In this document: positions 19,869 to 28,787 of the stretch, piece by piece | Layout: every line of letters starts with the position of its first letter | How positions within the stretch are numbered: position 1 is the first letter of the stretch | Assembly (NCBI GenBank): GCA_036397835.1 | Contig: DASWIG010000100.1 | Coordinates: 67-64,066 of the forward strand | Direction: 5' to 3' | Length of the DNA stretch: 64,000 nt | Origin: Thermoanaerobaculia bacterium | GTDB lineage: Bacteria > Acidobacteriota > Thermoanaerobaculia > Multivoradales > J023 | Notes under the pieces: model-generated | Seen by the model: only the letters and a program-made list of their open reading frames with translations | The model's database searches: none | What the model was told of the DNA's origin: nothing | Program-made: the position numbers and the translations under genes

Positions 19869-21350
19869 TTACTTCCTTTTGGCGGCGGCGTCCTCGCGCA
19901 GGCGCCGGAGCTCGCGCAGGCGCTCGCCGATCTTGCCCTCGAGCCCGCGCGCCGTGGGCTCGTAGAACCGCGCGCCCTGGAGCGCGTCGGGCAGGCAGTC
20001 GAGGCCGCCCACGCCCTCGTCGGTGTCGTGGGCGTAGACGTAGCCGTCGCCGTAGCCGAGGTCCTTCATCAGCGCGGTGGGCGCGTTGCGGATCGCCGGC
20101 GGCACCGGCTCGGCCGGACGCTCGGCGACCGCCCGCCGCGCCGCCCCGAAGGCGCGGTAGACGGCGTTGGACTTGGGCGCCACGGCGAGGTAGACCGCGG
20201 CCTGGGCGAGCGCCAGCTCGCCCTCGGGCGAACCGAGGCGCTCGTAGGCCGCCCAGGCGTCGAGGGCCTGGGAGAGCGCCCGCGGATCGGCCAGCCCCAC
20301 GTCCTCGCTGGCGAAGCGCACCATGCGCCGCGCCAGGTAACGGGGGTCCTCCCCCGCCTCGAGCATCCGCGTCAGCCAGTAGAGGGCGGCGTCGGCGTCG
20401 CTCTCGCGCAGCGACTTGTGGAGCGCCGAGATGAGGTTGAAGTGCTCCTCGCCCGCCTTGTCGTAGAGCAGGGCCTTGCGCTGCTCCACGCGGCGCACGT
20501 CCTCGAAGCTGACGTTCGTCCGGCCGGCGGAGCGGGCGTCCTCGACCACCAGCTCGAGCAAGTTGAGGGCGCGGCGCGCGTCGCCCGAGGCGAGCTGGAC
20601 GAGGTCGAGCAGCGCCTCGTCGGCGATCGCCAGGTCGGCGGCGCCGAGCCCGCGCTCGCCGTTGGCGAGGGCGCGGCGGAGGATCTCGAGCAGCTCGCCC
20701 TCCGCCAGCGGCTTCAGCACCACCACCCGGCAGCGCGACAGCAGGGCCGAGTTGACCTCGAACGACGGATTCTCGGTCGTCGCCCCCACGAGCACGATGT
20801 CGCCGCGCTCCACGTAGGGCAGGAAAGCGTCCTGCTGGGCGCGGTTGAAGCGGTGGATCTCGTCGACGAAGAGCAGGGTGCGGCGGCCGTCGGCGCGGCG
20901 GTAGCGCCCCGCGTCCTCCATCACCTTCCTGACCTCCTTGATGCCCGAGGTCACGGCCGAGAAGGGCACGAAGCGGCACGAGGTGGCGCGGGCGAGGATG
21001 CGGGCCAGCGTGGTCTTGCCGCTGCCCGGCGGCCCCCAGAGGAGGAGCGAGGGCACGCGGTCCTCGGCGATCGCCCGCCGCAGGAAGCCCTGCGGCCCGA
21101 GGATCTCGGTCTGCCCCACCATCTCGTCGAGGGTGCGCGGGCGCAGCCGCTCGGCGAGCGGGGTGCCGCCCAGCGGGGTGCCGGGCTCGTCCGCGGGCGC
21201 GGCGCCGGCGGGCAGCGAGGCAGGCGCTTGATCGTCGAAGAGGGTGCGGATGACGTGCTCCTTCGTCCGTTTTCGCAGTCTATCGCCAGGTAGGCGTCGA
21301 GCGCGTAGTTGAGGCTTGCAAAAACCAACACTATCCGTTAGTTTCTGCAA
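19869..21350 (-). CDS. rarA: Replication-associated recombination protein A (RarA/MgsA AAA+ ATPase); start uncertain
   Basis: PLAERLRPRTLDEMVGQ...LLLWGPPGSGKTTLARILA...LLFVDEIHRFN...GATTENPSF, collinear with E. coli RarA; the only in-frame starts are GTG 21374 / TTG 21350, which overlap the abiEi promoter. Confidence 0.8.
   Translation of the reverse strand: MQKLTDSVGFCKPQLRARRLPGDRLRKRTKEHVIRTLFDDQAPASLPAGAAPADEPGTPLGGTPLAERLRPRTLDEMVGQTEILGPQGFLRRAIAEDRVPSLLLWGPPGSGKTTLARILARATSCRFVPFSAVTSGIKEVRKVMEDAGRYRRADGRRTLLFVDEIHRFNRAQQDAFLPYVERGDIVLVGATTENPSFEVNSALLSRCRVVVLKPLAEGELLEILRRALANGERGLGAADLAIADEALLDLVQLASGDARRALNLLELVVEDARSAGRTNVSFEDVRRVEQRKALLYDKAGEEHFNLISALHKSLRESDADAALYWLTRMLEAGEDPRYLARRMVRFASEDVGLADPRALSQALDAWAAYERLGSPEGELALAQAAVYLAVAPKSNAVYRAFGAARRAVAERPAEPVPPAIRNAPTALMKDLGYGDGYVYAHDTDEGVGGLDCLPDALQGARFYEPTARGLEGKIGERLRELRRLREDAAAKRK
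21316..21350. promoter_or_regulatory. Inverted repeat TTGCAAAAAC-N15-GTTTCTGCAA directly upstream of the abiEi SD/start; candidate AbiEi auto-operator
   Basis: Seen directly; AbiEi antitoxins are known to autoregulate via inverted repeats in their promoter. Confidence 0.5.
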
Positions 21351-21366
21351 GAAGGAGCTAGTTCCC

Positions 21367-22158
21367 TTGCCCACAAGCGCGCCGTACTACGTCACAGGCC
21401 TGGCGTCTCGCGGTCGCTACACGTTCACCGCCGCGCAAGCCCAGGCGGAGCTCGGGGGCTCGGAGGTGGCCGTCCAGGCGGCGTTGAGGCGTCTCAGGAA
21501 GAAGGGCGAGATCGCGATGCCGACCCGAGGGTTCTACGTGATCGTGCCGCCTGAGTACCGACAACTCGGATGCCTGCCTGCCGCTGAGTTCGTACCGGAG
21601 CTCATGGCGTACCTGGACGCTCCCTATTACGCCGGGCTGCTCACCGCGGCCCAGATCCATGGAGCGGCCCATCACAAGCCTCAGGTCTTCCAGGTGGTGA
21701 CCAACCGTAACCGACGGCCTTTGGGTGCGGGACGAGTCCGCGTCGTCTTCATCGCCAAGGCGAACCTCGAGGCGACGCCAACGACGGAAGTGGTCACGGA
21801 GCGCGGGTACCTGCGCGTGTCGACGCCGGAGGCCACGGCGTTCGACCTCGTCATCTATTCGGGCCATGCCGGGGGGCTGAACAACGTCGCGACCGTTATC
21901 ACCGAGCTTGCCGAGCGGCTCGAGGCAGAGCAGCTCTCCAAACTGGCTCGTGACGGCGTGCCAGTGGCCTCGGTCCAGCGTCTTGGATTCTTGCTGGAGC
22001 TCACGGGTCACCGGGCGTTGGCTGATCGCTTGGCCTCCATCATCGAGGAGAAGTCACCACCCATAGCGCCTCTCCGTGCTGGCCATGCTCTGCGCGGAGC
22101 CCTTCGTGATCGGAGATGGCACCTCGGCGTCAACGTGGACGTGGAGCCAGACGTTTGA
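21367..22158 (+). CDS. abiEi: AbiEi-family antitoxin / transcriptional regulator (type IV TA)
   Basis: N-terminal wHTH-like region ...RLRKKGEIAMPTRGFYVIVPPEY typical of AbiEi; TTG start 9 nt after AAGGAG; paired with the AbiEii gene downstream. Confidence 0.7.
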   Translation: MPTSAPYYVTGLASRGRYTFTAAQAQAELGGSEVAVQAALRRLRKKGEIAMPTRGFYVIVPPEYRQLGCLPAAEFVPELMAYLDAPYYAGLLTAAQIHGAAHHKPQVFQVVTNRNRRPLGAGRVRVVFIAKANLEATPTTEVVTERGYLRVSTPEATAFDLVIYSGHAGGLNNVATVITELAERLEAEQLSKLARDGVPVASVQRLGFLLELTGHRALADRLASIIEEKSPPIAPLRAGHALRGALRDRRWHLGVNVDVEPDV

Positions 22159-22946
22159 TACCCCCGGCCTACGTCACCGAGTGGCGAGAACACGCGCCCT
22201 GGCCCTCGGACGATCAGGTAGAGCAGGACCTGATCATCTCGCGAGTGTTGGTCGAGCTCTACGGCCAACCCGAGATCCGGGAGGCGCTGGCCTTTCGAGG
22301 CGGAACCGCTCTGGCGAAGCTCTACTTGGGGCCGGCCTATCGGTACTCCGAAGATGTCGACCTCGTGCAGCTTCGGGCCGAGCCCATCGGGCCGACCCTC
22401 AAAGCCATGCGCGAGGTGCTCGACTCATGGCTCGGTCCTCCCTCGTGGAAGCATACGTTCGCGAGCGTGAAGCTGATCTACCGGATCGCGCTCGGCCGCA
22501 ACGCCACGAACCAGCGGCGGCTCAAGCTCGAAATCAACACGCGGGAACACGAATCCGTCTTTGGATTGACCGCCAGGAATCTGACAGTGGAGTCGCGGTG
22601 GTTCACAGGTAGCGCGGCCGTCACCACCTACGAGCTCGAGGAGCTCCTCGCGACCAAGCTCCGGGCTCTGTACCAGCGAAAGAAGGGGCGTGACCTCTTC
22701 GATCTCGCTACTGCCCTGACGGGAGAGAAGATTGATCCGGAACGGGTGGTAGAGGGTTTCATCCGCTATCTCGAGAGAGAAGGCCGGCGGATCTCACGGG
22801 TAGAATTCGAGGGGAACCTCGCGGAGAAGATCCGGGATGTCGATTTCTTGGCGGATGTCCCGAATTTGGTTGCGACAGATACCGAATACGATGTGGTCGA
22901 GGCTGCCGATCGGGTGCGCGAGAATCTTCTCTCCCGACTCGATTGA
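22155..22946 (+). CDS. abiEii: AbiEii/AbiGii-family nucleotidyltransferase toxin (DUF1814)
   Basis: ALAFRGGTALAKLYLGPAYRYSEDVDL is the hallmark GG-TAL...R-SEDID motif; TTGA start/stop overlap with abiEi. Confidence 0.85.
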   Translation: MIPPAYVTEWREHAPWPSDDQVEQDLIISRVLVELYGQPEIREALAFRGGTALAKLYLGPAYRYSEDVDLVQLRAEPIGPTLKAMREVLDSWLGPPSWKHTFASVKLIYRIALGRNATNQRRLKLEINTREHESVFGLTARNLTVESRWFTGSAAVTTYELEELLATKLRALYQRKKGRDLFDLATALTGEKIDPERVVEGFIRYLEREGRRISRVEFEGNLAEKIRDVDFLADVPNLVATDTEYDVVEAADRVRENLLSRLD

Positions 22947-23169
22947 GCCGCCCGTGGCCAGGTGCTGGCGCCGGCCGCGGTGCGCCGAATCAGGTTCGGT
23001 CGGACTTCTTGGCCTTGTGGAACAGCTTCAGACCGTCGTTCTCCCGCCAGACGTTCCAGGCCTCGACACCCTGCCTTAGAATCTTGAGATGCGCTTCGTT
23101 GGCACTCCTCCTCCTCGATCGTGGCGAGGCGATCCTGTGCCTATGCGGGCTGATCATGGGGCATCTGGA

Positions 23170-23463
23170 TCATAGCTTTTTGAGCCAGTGGGCTGGACGT
23201 TTTAGGTGCGGAGGAAGCCTGGTCCAGGCATCACCTCGGGCGGCGTCGATCTGCAGCTGCAGAAGGTTCTTTACTTCGTGGAGATCCGCGCCGCTCAGGT
23301 CCGCGTCGCTGAGACCTACACCGTGTAGGTTCGCCCCGATCAGGTTTGTCCGAATCAGGTTCGCGTCCGTGAGGGCTGCCAACTTGAGGTCTGCGTCGCT
23401 GAGGTTCGCGCTGCTAAGGTTCGGTTCGCGAGTCTGCAAAGTAGGGGGACAAGCCTTGGACAC
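23170..23463 (-). CDS. Pentapeptide-repeat protein (short); 5' end lies inside the tandem-repeat array, so the start is uncertain
   Basis: [45 protein letters not shown] is an A(D/N)LXX pentapeptide run. Confidence 0.5.
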   Translation of the reverse strand: MSKACPPTLQTREPNLSSANLSDADLKLAALTDANLIRTNLIGANLHGVGLSDADLSGADLHEVKNLLQLQIDAARGDAWTRLPPHLKRPAHWLKKL

Positions 23464-23812
23464 CTACTTCGCGAGTTTGCATAGTAGGGGGACAAGCCTT
23501 GTACACCTACTTCGCGAGTTTGCATAATAGGGGGGCAAGCCTTGTACCGCCACTCTGCGGACGACGATCTAACCGGGACAAGCTCTGAAGCGGTCAGGCG
23601 CGAATTTGCAGAGCAGGAGGGCAAGCGATGTACTCCTGCACTTCGCGGGGTAGGGGTACAAGCGACGTACCCCCTACTCCCGCACTTCGCAGAGTAGGGG
23701 TACAAGCGAAGTACACCTACTTCCGCACTTCGCTGAGTAGGGGTACAAGCGATGTACACCTACTCCTGCACTTCGCAGAGTAGGGGTACAAGCGACGTAC
23801 CCCTACTCCCGA
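23428..23812. repeat. Tandem array of about 8 units of a ~43-bp repeat containing hairpin GTAGGGGTAC-N7-GTACCCCTAC (variant GTAGGGGGACAAGCCTTGTACACCTAC), interrupted by ~90 bp at 23555-23640
   Basis: Seen directly; lower GC than the flanks; the last unit supplies the stop codon of the FG-GAP gene and the first unit overlaps the pentapeptide ORF start. Confidence 0.8.
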
Positions 23813-26418
23813 AATCCGCGGGGTGGTCGAAACGGCGGTGTCCTCGTCTTCCCGGGTGCAGCCGGGACGCCTGCGCTCCCAGTACCGAGATAGGCGTCGA
23901 GCTCGCGGAAGGCGTCAGCGGGCTCCGGTTGGCCGTCCCACCGCTCCCAGAAGCGCGCCAGGGGCGACGGCTCGGTGTGCATGCGCCGGGCCACGTCGCC
24001 CTCGGCGACCGCTCCCGCGGGCTTCCAGTCCTCGCCGAGGGCCTGGCGCGCGGCCCTGAGCAGGTCCGCGGCGGCACCGTCGTCCCCCCGTTTCCAGGCC
24101 AGGTAGCCGCGCAGGAAGAAACCGCCGGCCGCCCGCGGGTTGGTGCGGCAGGCCCACTCGAAACGCTGGTCGGCGAGCGCGTCCTCGCCCTCGAGCAGCG
24201 CGATCTCGCCCAACGCCAGGAGCGAGCCGGTCTCCTCCTTGTTGACTTCGTGGGCGCGCTCGAGCGCGGCCTCGGCGGCGTCGAGCTCCGCCCGCGAGGT
24301 GGCGGTCAGGGCGCGCAGCACGCCCCATTGCTTGTGGCCGCGGTGGCTCAGCGGGTTGGCGCGGCGCAGACGATCGAGCTCGGCCAGGGCCTCGTCGGGC
24401 CGGCCGAGCTCCGCCAGGCAGTTGGCCAGGTAGTAGCGCGAGTCCTCGTGCTCGGGGTTCAGGGCCAGGGCGCGACGGAAGAGCTCGGCGGCGCGGCCGA
24501 CGTCGCCGTCGACCTTCATGGCGTCCATGGCGGCCCTTTGCGTCGACCAGAACTCCATCAGGCGCCGGCGCTCGTCGAGCGTCGCGAGGGCGGGCGCTGT
24601 AACCCTGGCGGAGATCCGGCGCGGCTCAGGGTCGCCCTCGGTGAGCTCCCACACGGCGCCGGCTGCGAGGTCCGCGAAGACCTGCGACTCGCCGCCGAGC
24701 CACCGCACCTCGAGACGCGAGACGTGCTCGGCGGTCCCCAGACCGAAATGCACCGTGCCGCTGCTCTGCGACAGGTAGGACGCGCCGCCGACTGAACGCC
24801 GCAGCTCGACGCCATCGTCCAGGGTGGCGACGAGGACGGCGCCCTCGCCCGGGCCGCGCCGCGCGTCGCGCAGCCGCACCGCGAGCCAGCGGCCCTGCTC
24901 CATGTCGTTGCGCAGCAGCTTGACGCCTTCGTAGAGGTGGTAGACGGCCACGTCGAGGTCGCCGTCGCCGTCGTAGTCGGCCACCGCCAGGCCGCGGCCC
25001 ACGTGGGGCGCGGCAAAGACCTCGGCGAGCGGCGCAAGGTCGTGGAAGTACTCGCCGCGCCGGTTCCACAGCAGCATCGCCGGCTGCGGCTTGAGGCCCC
25101 TGGGCTGCCGGTCGTCCTCCAGGGTGCTGCCGTTGGCGACCACCAGGTCGAGCCAGCCGTCGCTGTCGAAGTCGGCGAACTCGGTGCCCCAGCCCACGAA
25201 TTGGAGCGCGATCTGGCCGAGCCCCAGGGGCACCGCCTGGTCGGTGAAGGAGAGGCGCACCGGGGCGCCGGCGGGCACGGCGCGGCGCAGGTCGGCGAGG
25301 CGTGAGTCGTAAAGGGCGTTCTCCTGGGCGAGCCAGTGGGTGATGAAGAGGTCGTCGTCGCCGTCGCGGTTCCAGTCGCCGGCGGCCAGCCCCATGGCGC
25401 CGCGGTAGTCGGCCACCCAGGCTTGCAGGCCGGCGTCCTCGAAGGTGTCGCCGCGGTTCAGGAAGAAGGCGTTGTCGGAGATGTCGTTGGCCACGTAGAG
25501 GTCGAGGCGGCCGTCGTCGTCGAAGTCGTGCCAGAGGGCCGAGAGGCTGCGGCCCTGCGGGTTCTGCACGCCGTAGAGCAGGGCCACCTCGGTGAACGCG
25601 CCCGTGCCGTCGTTCTCGAAGAGCAGGTTGCGCTCGGGCTCGAAGGAGGCGGGGTTGAGGGTGTAGGGCACGGCGGCGCCGTATTGCTGGGAGAGGCTGC
25701 GCCGGTCGCCGGCGTCCTCCACGTACTGCACGTAGCCGCACACGTAGAGGTCGAGGTCGAGGTCGTTGTCGAAGTCGCCCCAGGCGGCGCCGGCCCAGTA
25801 GCCGTCGGGCGCGACGAAGCGCTCGTCGCGTTCGAGCGCGCCTTCACGGTTGTGGAAGAGGAGGAGGCTGCGGTAGCCGGTCACCACCAGGTCGAGCCAG
25901 CCGTCGCCGTCGTAGTCGCCCCACGACGCGGCCATCCCGGCGACGCGGATCTCCGGGAAGCCCGCGACCTTGAGGAACGTCCCGTCGCCGCGGTTCTCGT
26001 AGAGCTCCGACGGCGCCCACTGCGACCGCGGTAGGGTCAGGGCGCCGCCGGCGGCGACCAGGAAGATGTCGTCGTCGCCGTCGTTGTCGTAGTCGCCCCA
26101 GGCGAGGCCGGCGCCCATGTCCTCGGGAAGCTGCGACGAGCGCGCGCCGGTGAAGGTCACGAAGCCGTCGAGCCCCGCCGCCGCGGTGACGTCGGTGAAG
26201 CGGGGCGCGGGCGCGTCCGCCGGCAGGTCGCGCGAGAGCTTCGCGGTGACGTCGTCGAGGGCCTCGCCGGGCCGCCGCACCTCGGGCCGGGTCCGGAGGT
26301 AGATCACCACGCCGGCCGCCGCCGCCACGAGCGCCACGGCGGCCAGCACGGCGACGACCAGGCGCAGCCGCTGGCGGCGGGTGAGGCGTCGGCGGGCGGG
26401 GCGCAGGTCGTTGCCCAT
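23803..26418 (-). CDS. FG-GAP/ASPIC-UnbV repeat protein with C-terminal TPR domain; N-terminal TM anchor
   Basis: Repeated GDYDNDGDDDIF / WGDYDGDGWLDL / GDFDNDLDLDLY / HDFDDDGRLDLYVAN / DYDGDGDLDVAV FG-GAP Ca-binding loops; TM LRLVVAVLAAVALVAAAAGVVIY. Confidence 0.75.
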   Translation of the reverse strand: MGNDLRPARRRLTRRQRLRLVVAVLAAVALVAAAAGVVIYLRTRPEVRRPGEALDDVTAKLSRDLPADAPAPRFTDVTAAAGLDGFVTFTGARSSQLPEDMGAGLAWGDYDNDGDDDIFLVAAGGALTLPRSQWAPSELYENRGDGTFLKVAGFPEIRVAGMAASWGDYDGDGWLDLVVTGYRSLLLFHNREGALERDERFVAPDGYWAGAAWGDFDNDLDLDLYVCGYVQYVEDAGDRRSLSQQYGAAVPYTLNPASFEPERNLLFENDGTGAFTEVALLYGVQNPQGRSLSALWHDFDDDGRLDLYVANDISDNAFFLNRGDTFEDAGLQAWVADYRGAMGLAAGDWNRDGDDDLFITHWLAQENALYDSRLADLRRAVPAGAPVRLSFTDQAVPLGLGQIALQFVGWGTEFADFDSDGWLDLVVANGSTLEDDRQPRGLKPQPAMLLWNRRGEYFHDLAPLAEVFAAPHVGRGLAVADYDGDGDLDVAVYHLYEGVKLLRNDMEQGRWLAVRLRDARRGPGEGAVLVATLDDGVELRRSVGGASYLSQSSGTVHFGLGTAEHVSRLEVRWLGGESQVFADLAAGAVWELTEGDPEPRRISARVTAPALATLDERRRLMEFWSTQRAAMDAMKVDGDVGRAAELFRRALALNPEHEDSRYYLANCLAELGRPDEALAELDRLRRANPLSHRGHKQWGVLRALTATSRAELDAAEAALERAHEVNKEETGSLLALGEIALLEGEDALADQRFEWACRTNPRAAGGFFLRGYLAWKRGDDGAAADLLRAARQALGEDWKPAGAVAEGDVARRMHTEPSPLARFWERWDGQPEPADAFRELDAYLGTGSAGVPAAPGKTRTPPFRPPRGFRE

Positions 26419-26424
26419 CGTCCG

Positions 26425-28530
26425 TCAGCCTCCCGCCCTGGTAGGCGCCGCGGCCAGGCTCGCCTGGCGCACGGCCGCCTTGACGGTCGCCTCGGTCCGC
26501 GTCATCTCGACCACCGGCGCGGTGAGCCCCGAGTCCTCGCCGAGCAGGAAGTTGATCAGGAACTGGTCGACCTTGCGGTAGAGCAGCGTGGCGACCACCC
26601 GGTATTCGTCGACCCCCTCCTGGGCGGGGATCGAGAAGTCCTGCGTTTCCTTGCCCAGCCGGGCCAGGTCCCGCGGCGTGCCCTTGGCCAGGGTCGTCGG
26701 ACAGTCGACGAGGTACTCCACGGTGTCGGAATAGCCGGGGAAGAGGGCGCGGCGGTAGCGCACCCCCACCATCTCCCACAGGTTGTGGCGGTCGATCAGG
26801 TTGCCGTACTGGTCCACGGGCTCGGCCTTGAAGAGGAAGCTGCCCGGCTCGATGAAGTGCTTGGCGTCGCGAGTGCCCGAGGCGAAGATCTCGTTGCCGG
26901 CCGGGTCGTAGACGTGGATCTCCACCCAGCTCTGGATGATGTCGAGGGGGCCGGTGGGGAAGTCGTGGCCCACCTTGTTGGCGGTCATCACCACCCGCAC
27001 CGGCAGCGTGCCGCCGGGCTCGACGGTCTGCGGCACCTCGAGGGCCAGGTTCACGACTGGGCCGTCGCGCCACTTGTCGGCGATCTCGGGGATCTCGAAT
27101 TCCCCCTGCAGCCACTCCTCGGTGAGGGCGAGCTGCTCCTCCCAGCCCTCGAGCTCGAGCATCTTGGGCACCATGCTGTTGGCGGCGATGAAGCGGTGGC
27201 TGCGGTGGCGGCCGTCGCCGGGGCCGCGATTGTAGTCGGTGGCGTCGCCGCGCGCCGGGTCGGTGGAATCGACGAGCGGCATGTGGCACTCCCGGCACTC
27301 GATGGTCTTGGTGGGATCGCCTTCCGTGAACCAATGGCTGGCCTTCCAGTTGTCGTACTGGTTCTGGAGCTGCACCCAGCCCACGCGGTTGACCTCCTGG
27401 TCGATGAACTGCTTGTGGCAGGCGGCGCAGTACTCGGGGGCCTTGAACATCCGCTTGCTGAGCTTGTTGTGCTCGTCGGGATAGGTGCGGATCAGGAAGT
27501 CGCTCGCCAGCTTGCCCGCGCCGTGCTCGTGCCATTGCCAGAGATAGGAGGAGGGCTGGGTCATCACGTAGTTGGCGTTGCCCTGGATATCGGTCTCGCG
27601 GACGCCGTGGCAGACCAGGCAGGAGACCCCTTCCTGGTAGCCGTGCAGACCCGTCAGCTCCTCCGTGAAGACGTTCTTGGTGCCGGAGAAGAGCGAGATC
27701 GGATCGTGACAGCCGCCGCAGTAGCGGGTCGACTCGGGCCCGTTCTGCTCCGCCATCACGCTCTGGACCTTCTGGAAGAGCGGGTCCATGGCGGCGTAGC
27801 GGTGGGCGCTGGGGAGCCATTCCTCGAGAATCTGCTGGTGGCAGCCGCCGGTGCCGCAGGTGCGCGAGCCGGCCAGGGACTCGGCGTCGAAGGCGCCGCC
27901 GGTGGTGGTCACGGCAAGGCTCGGCGCGAACGGACGGTCCTCGCCGTAGGCGAAGTGGTAGTCCGCGGGGAGCTCGTTGACGTAGGTCGGCCCGGCGTAG
28001 GCGTAAGCCAGGGCGGCGATCGCCACGCCGCCGGCAACGGTGGCGCCGAGCGAGGCCCAGACGGCCCGGCGCACGGCCGGCGCGCTCTCTTTCTTGCGCC
28101 GCCGGACGTAGACCAGCACCACGTGCGGCAGGGCGGTGGCGAGCGCCGCCAGCGTCGAGTAGAGGTGGACGTTGCGCCAGGCCGGCGACATGCGGACGCC
28201 GAAGAGCCCCTGCCAGGTGACGACGAGCCCGGAGAGCGCGCACACCAGCACCGCGGCCGCGGCGACGTAGCCCAGCAGCACCTCGTCGGAAAACTTGTAG
28301 CTCTTGTAGTCGCGCCAGTGGGCCACCAGGTACCAGGTGAGCGGCACCAGGATCAGCAGCCCTACCGCGGTGTGCAGCAGCACGTTCCACTGCACGGCGC
28401 CGTGGAACGGCGCCAGGGTGATCACCAGCCCGGTCACCGTCTCGAAGAGCAGCGCCGCCAGGGCCAGTCGGGTCAGCAACGAGGACCATCCGGTGCGGAC
28501 GGTCTTGCCAGGTACGATCTGGTTCGCCAT
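26425..28530 (-). CDS. Multiheme c-type cytochrome (at least 5 CxxCH) fused to an N-terminal polytopic membrane domain
   Basis: CGTGGCHQQ, CGGCHDP, CLVCHGV, CAACHKQ, CRECHMP; 5-6 TM helices in the first 200 aa; start taken at MANQIV (28530); listed ORF extends to 28584. Confidence 0.75.
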   Translation of the reverse strand: MANQIVPGKTVRTGWSSLLTRLALAALLFETVTGLVITLAPFHGAVQWNVLLHTAVGLLILVPLTWYLVAHWRDYKSYKFSDEVLLGYVAAAAVLVCALSGLVVTWQGLFGVRMSPAWRNVHLYSTLAALATALPHVVLVYVRRRKKESAPAVRRAVWASLGATVAGGVAIAALAYAYAGPTYVNELPADYHFAYGEDRPFAPSLAVTTTGGAFDAESLAGSRTCGTGGCHQQILEEWLPSAHRYAAMDPLFQKVQSVMAEQNGPESTRYCGGCHDPISLFSGTKNVFTEELTGLHGYQEGVSCLVCHGVRETDIQGNANYVMTQPSSYLWQWHEHGAGKLASDFLIRTYPDEHNKLSKRMFKAPEYCAACHKQFIDQEVNRVGWVQLQNQYDNWKASHWFTEGDPTKTIECRECHMPLVDSTDPARGDATDYNRGPGDGRHRSHRFIAANSMVPKMLELEGWEEQLALTEEWLQGEFEIPEIADKWRDGPVVNLALEVPQTVEPGGTLPVRVVMTANKVGHDFPTGPLDIIQSWVEIHVYDPAGNEIFASGTRDAKHFIEPGSFLFKAEPVDQYGNLIDRHNLWEMVGVRYRRALFPGYSDTVEYLVDCPTTLAKGTPRDLARLGKETQDFSIPAQEGVDEYRVVATLLYRKVDQFLINFLLGEDSGLTAPVVEMTRTEATVKAAVRQASLAAAPTRAGG

Positions 28531-28787
28531 CAGAGCCTCCTTCGCTCGTCCCATCATCCCTACCCGGGGATCCGGAGCCGCCAAAGAGAGAGGGCAGAGG
28601 AACAGGCCCTACTTTGAATCGGCGGAGGGCGACGGCGCCACGGTCCGCGGGGCGGGGCGGACCTGGCTGAAGGGGTAGCTCAGCTCCTACCGTCCCGACT
28701 AGATCGAGCGCTTCACAGCGAAGCCAGGACCTCGGCGGCTCCGACGGGATGGCGACGGCCTTGCCCTCTGTGGTAGACAAGAGGACC

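Noticed and set aside
22943-23527. 194-aa plus-strand ORF over the pentapeptide locus
   Set aside because: It is the antisense of the pentapeptide-repeat ORF and of repeat units; Arg/Ser/Leu-rich nonsense.
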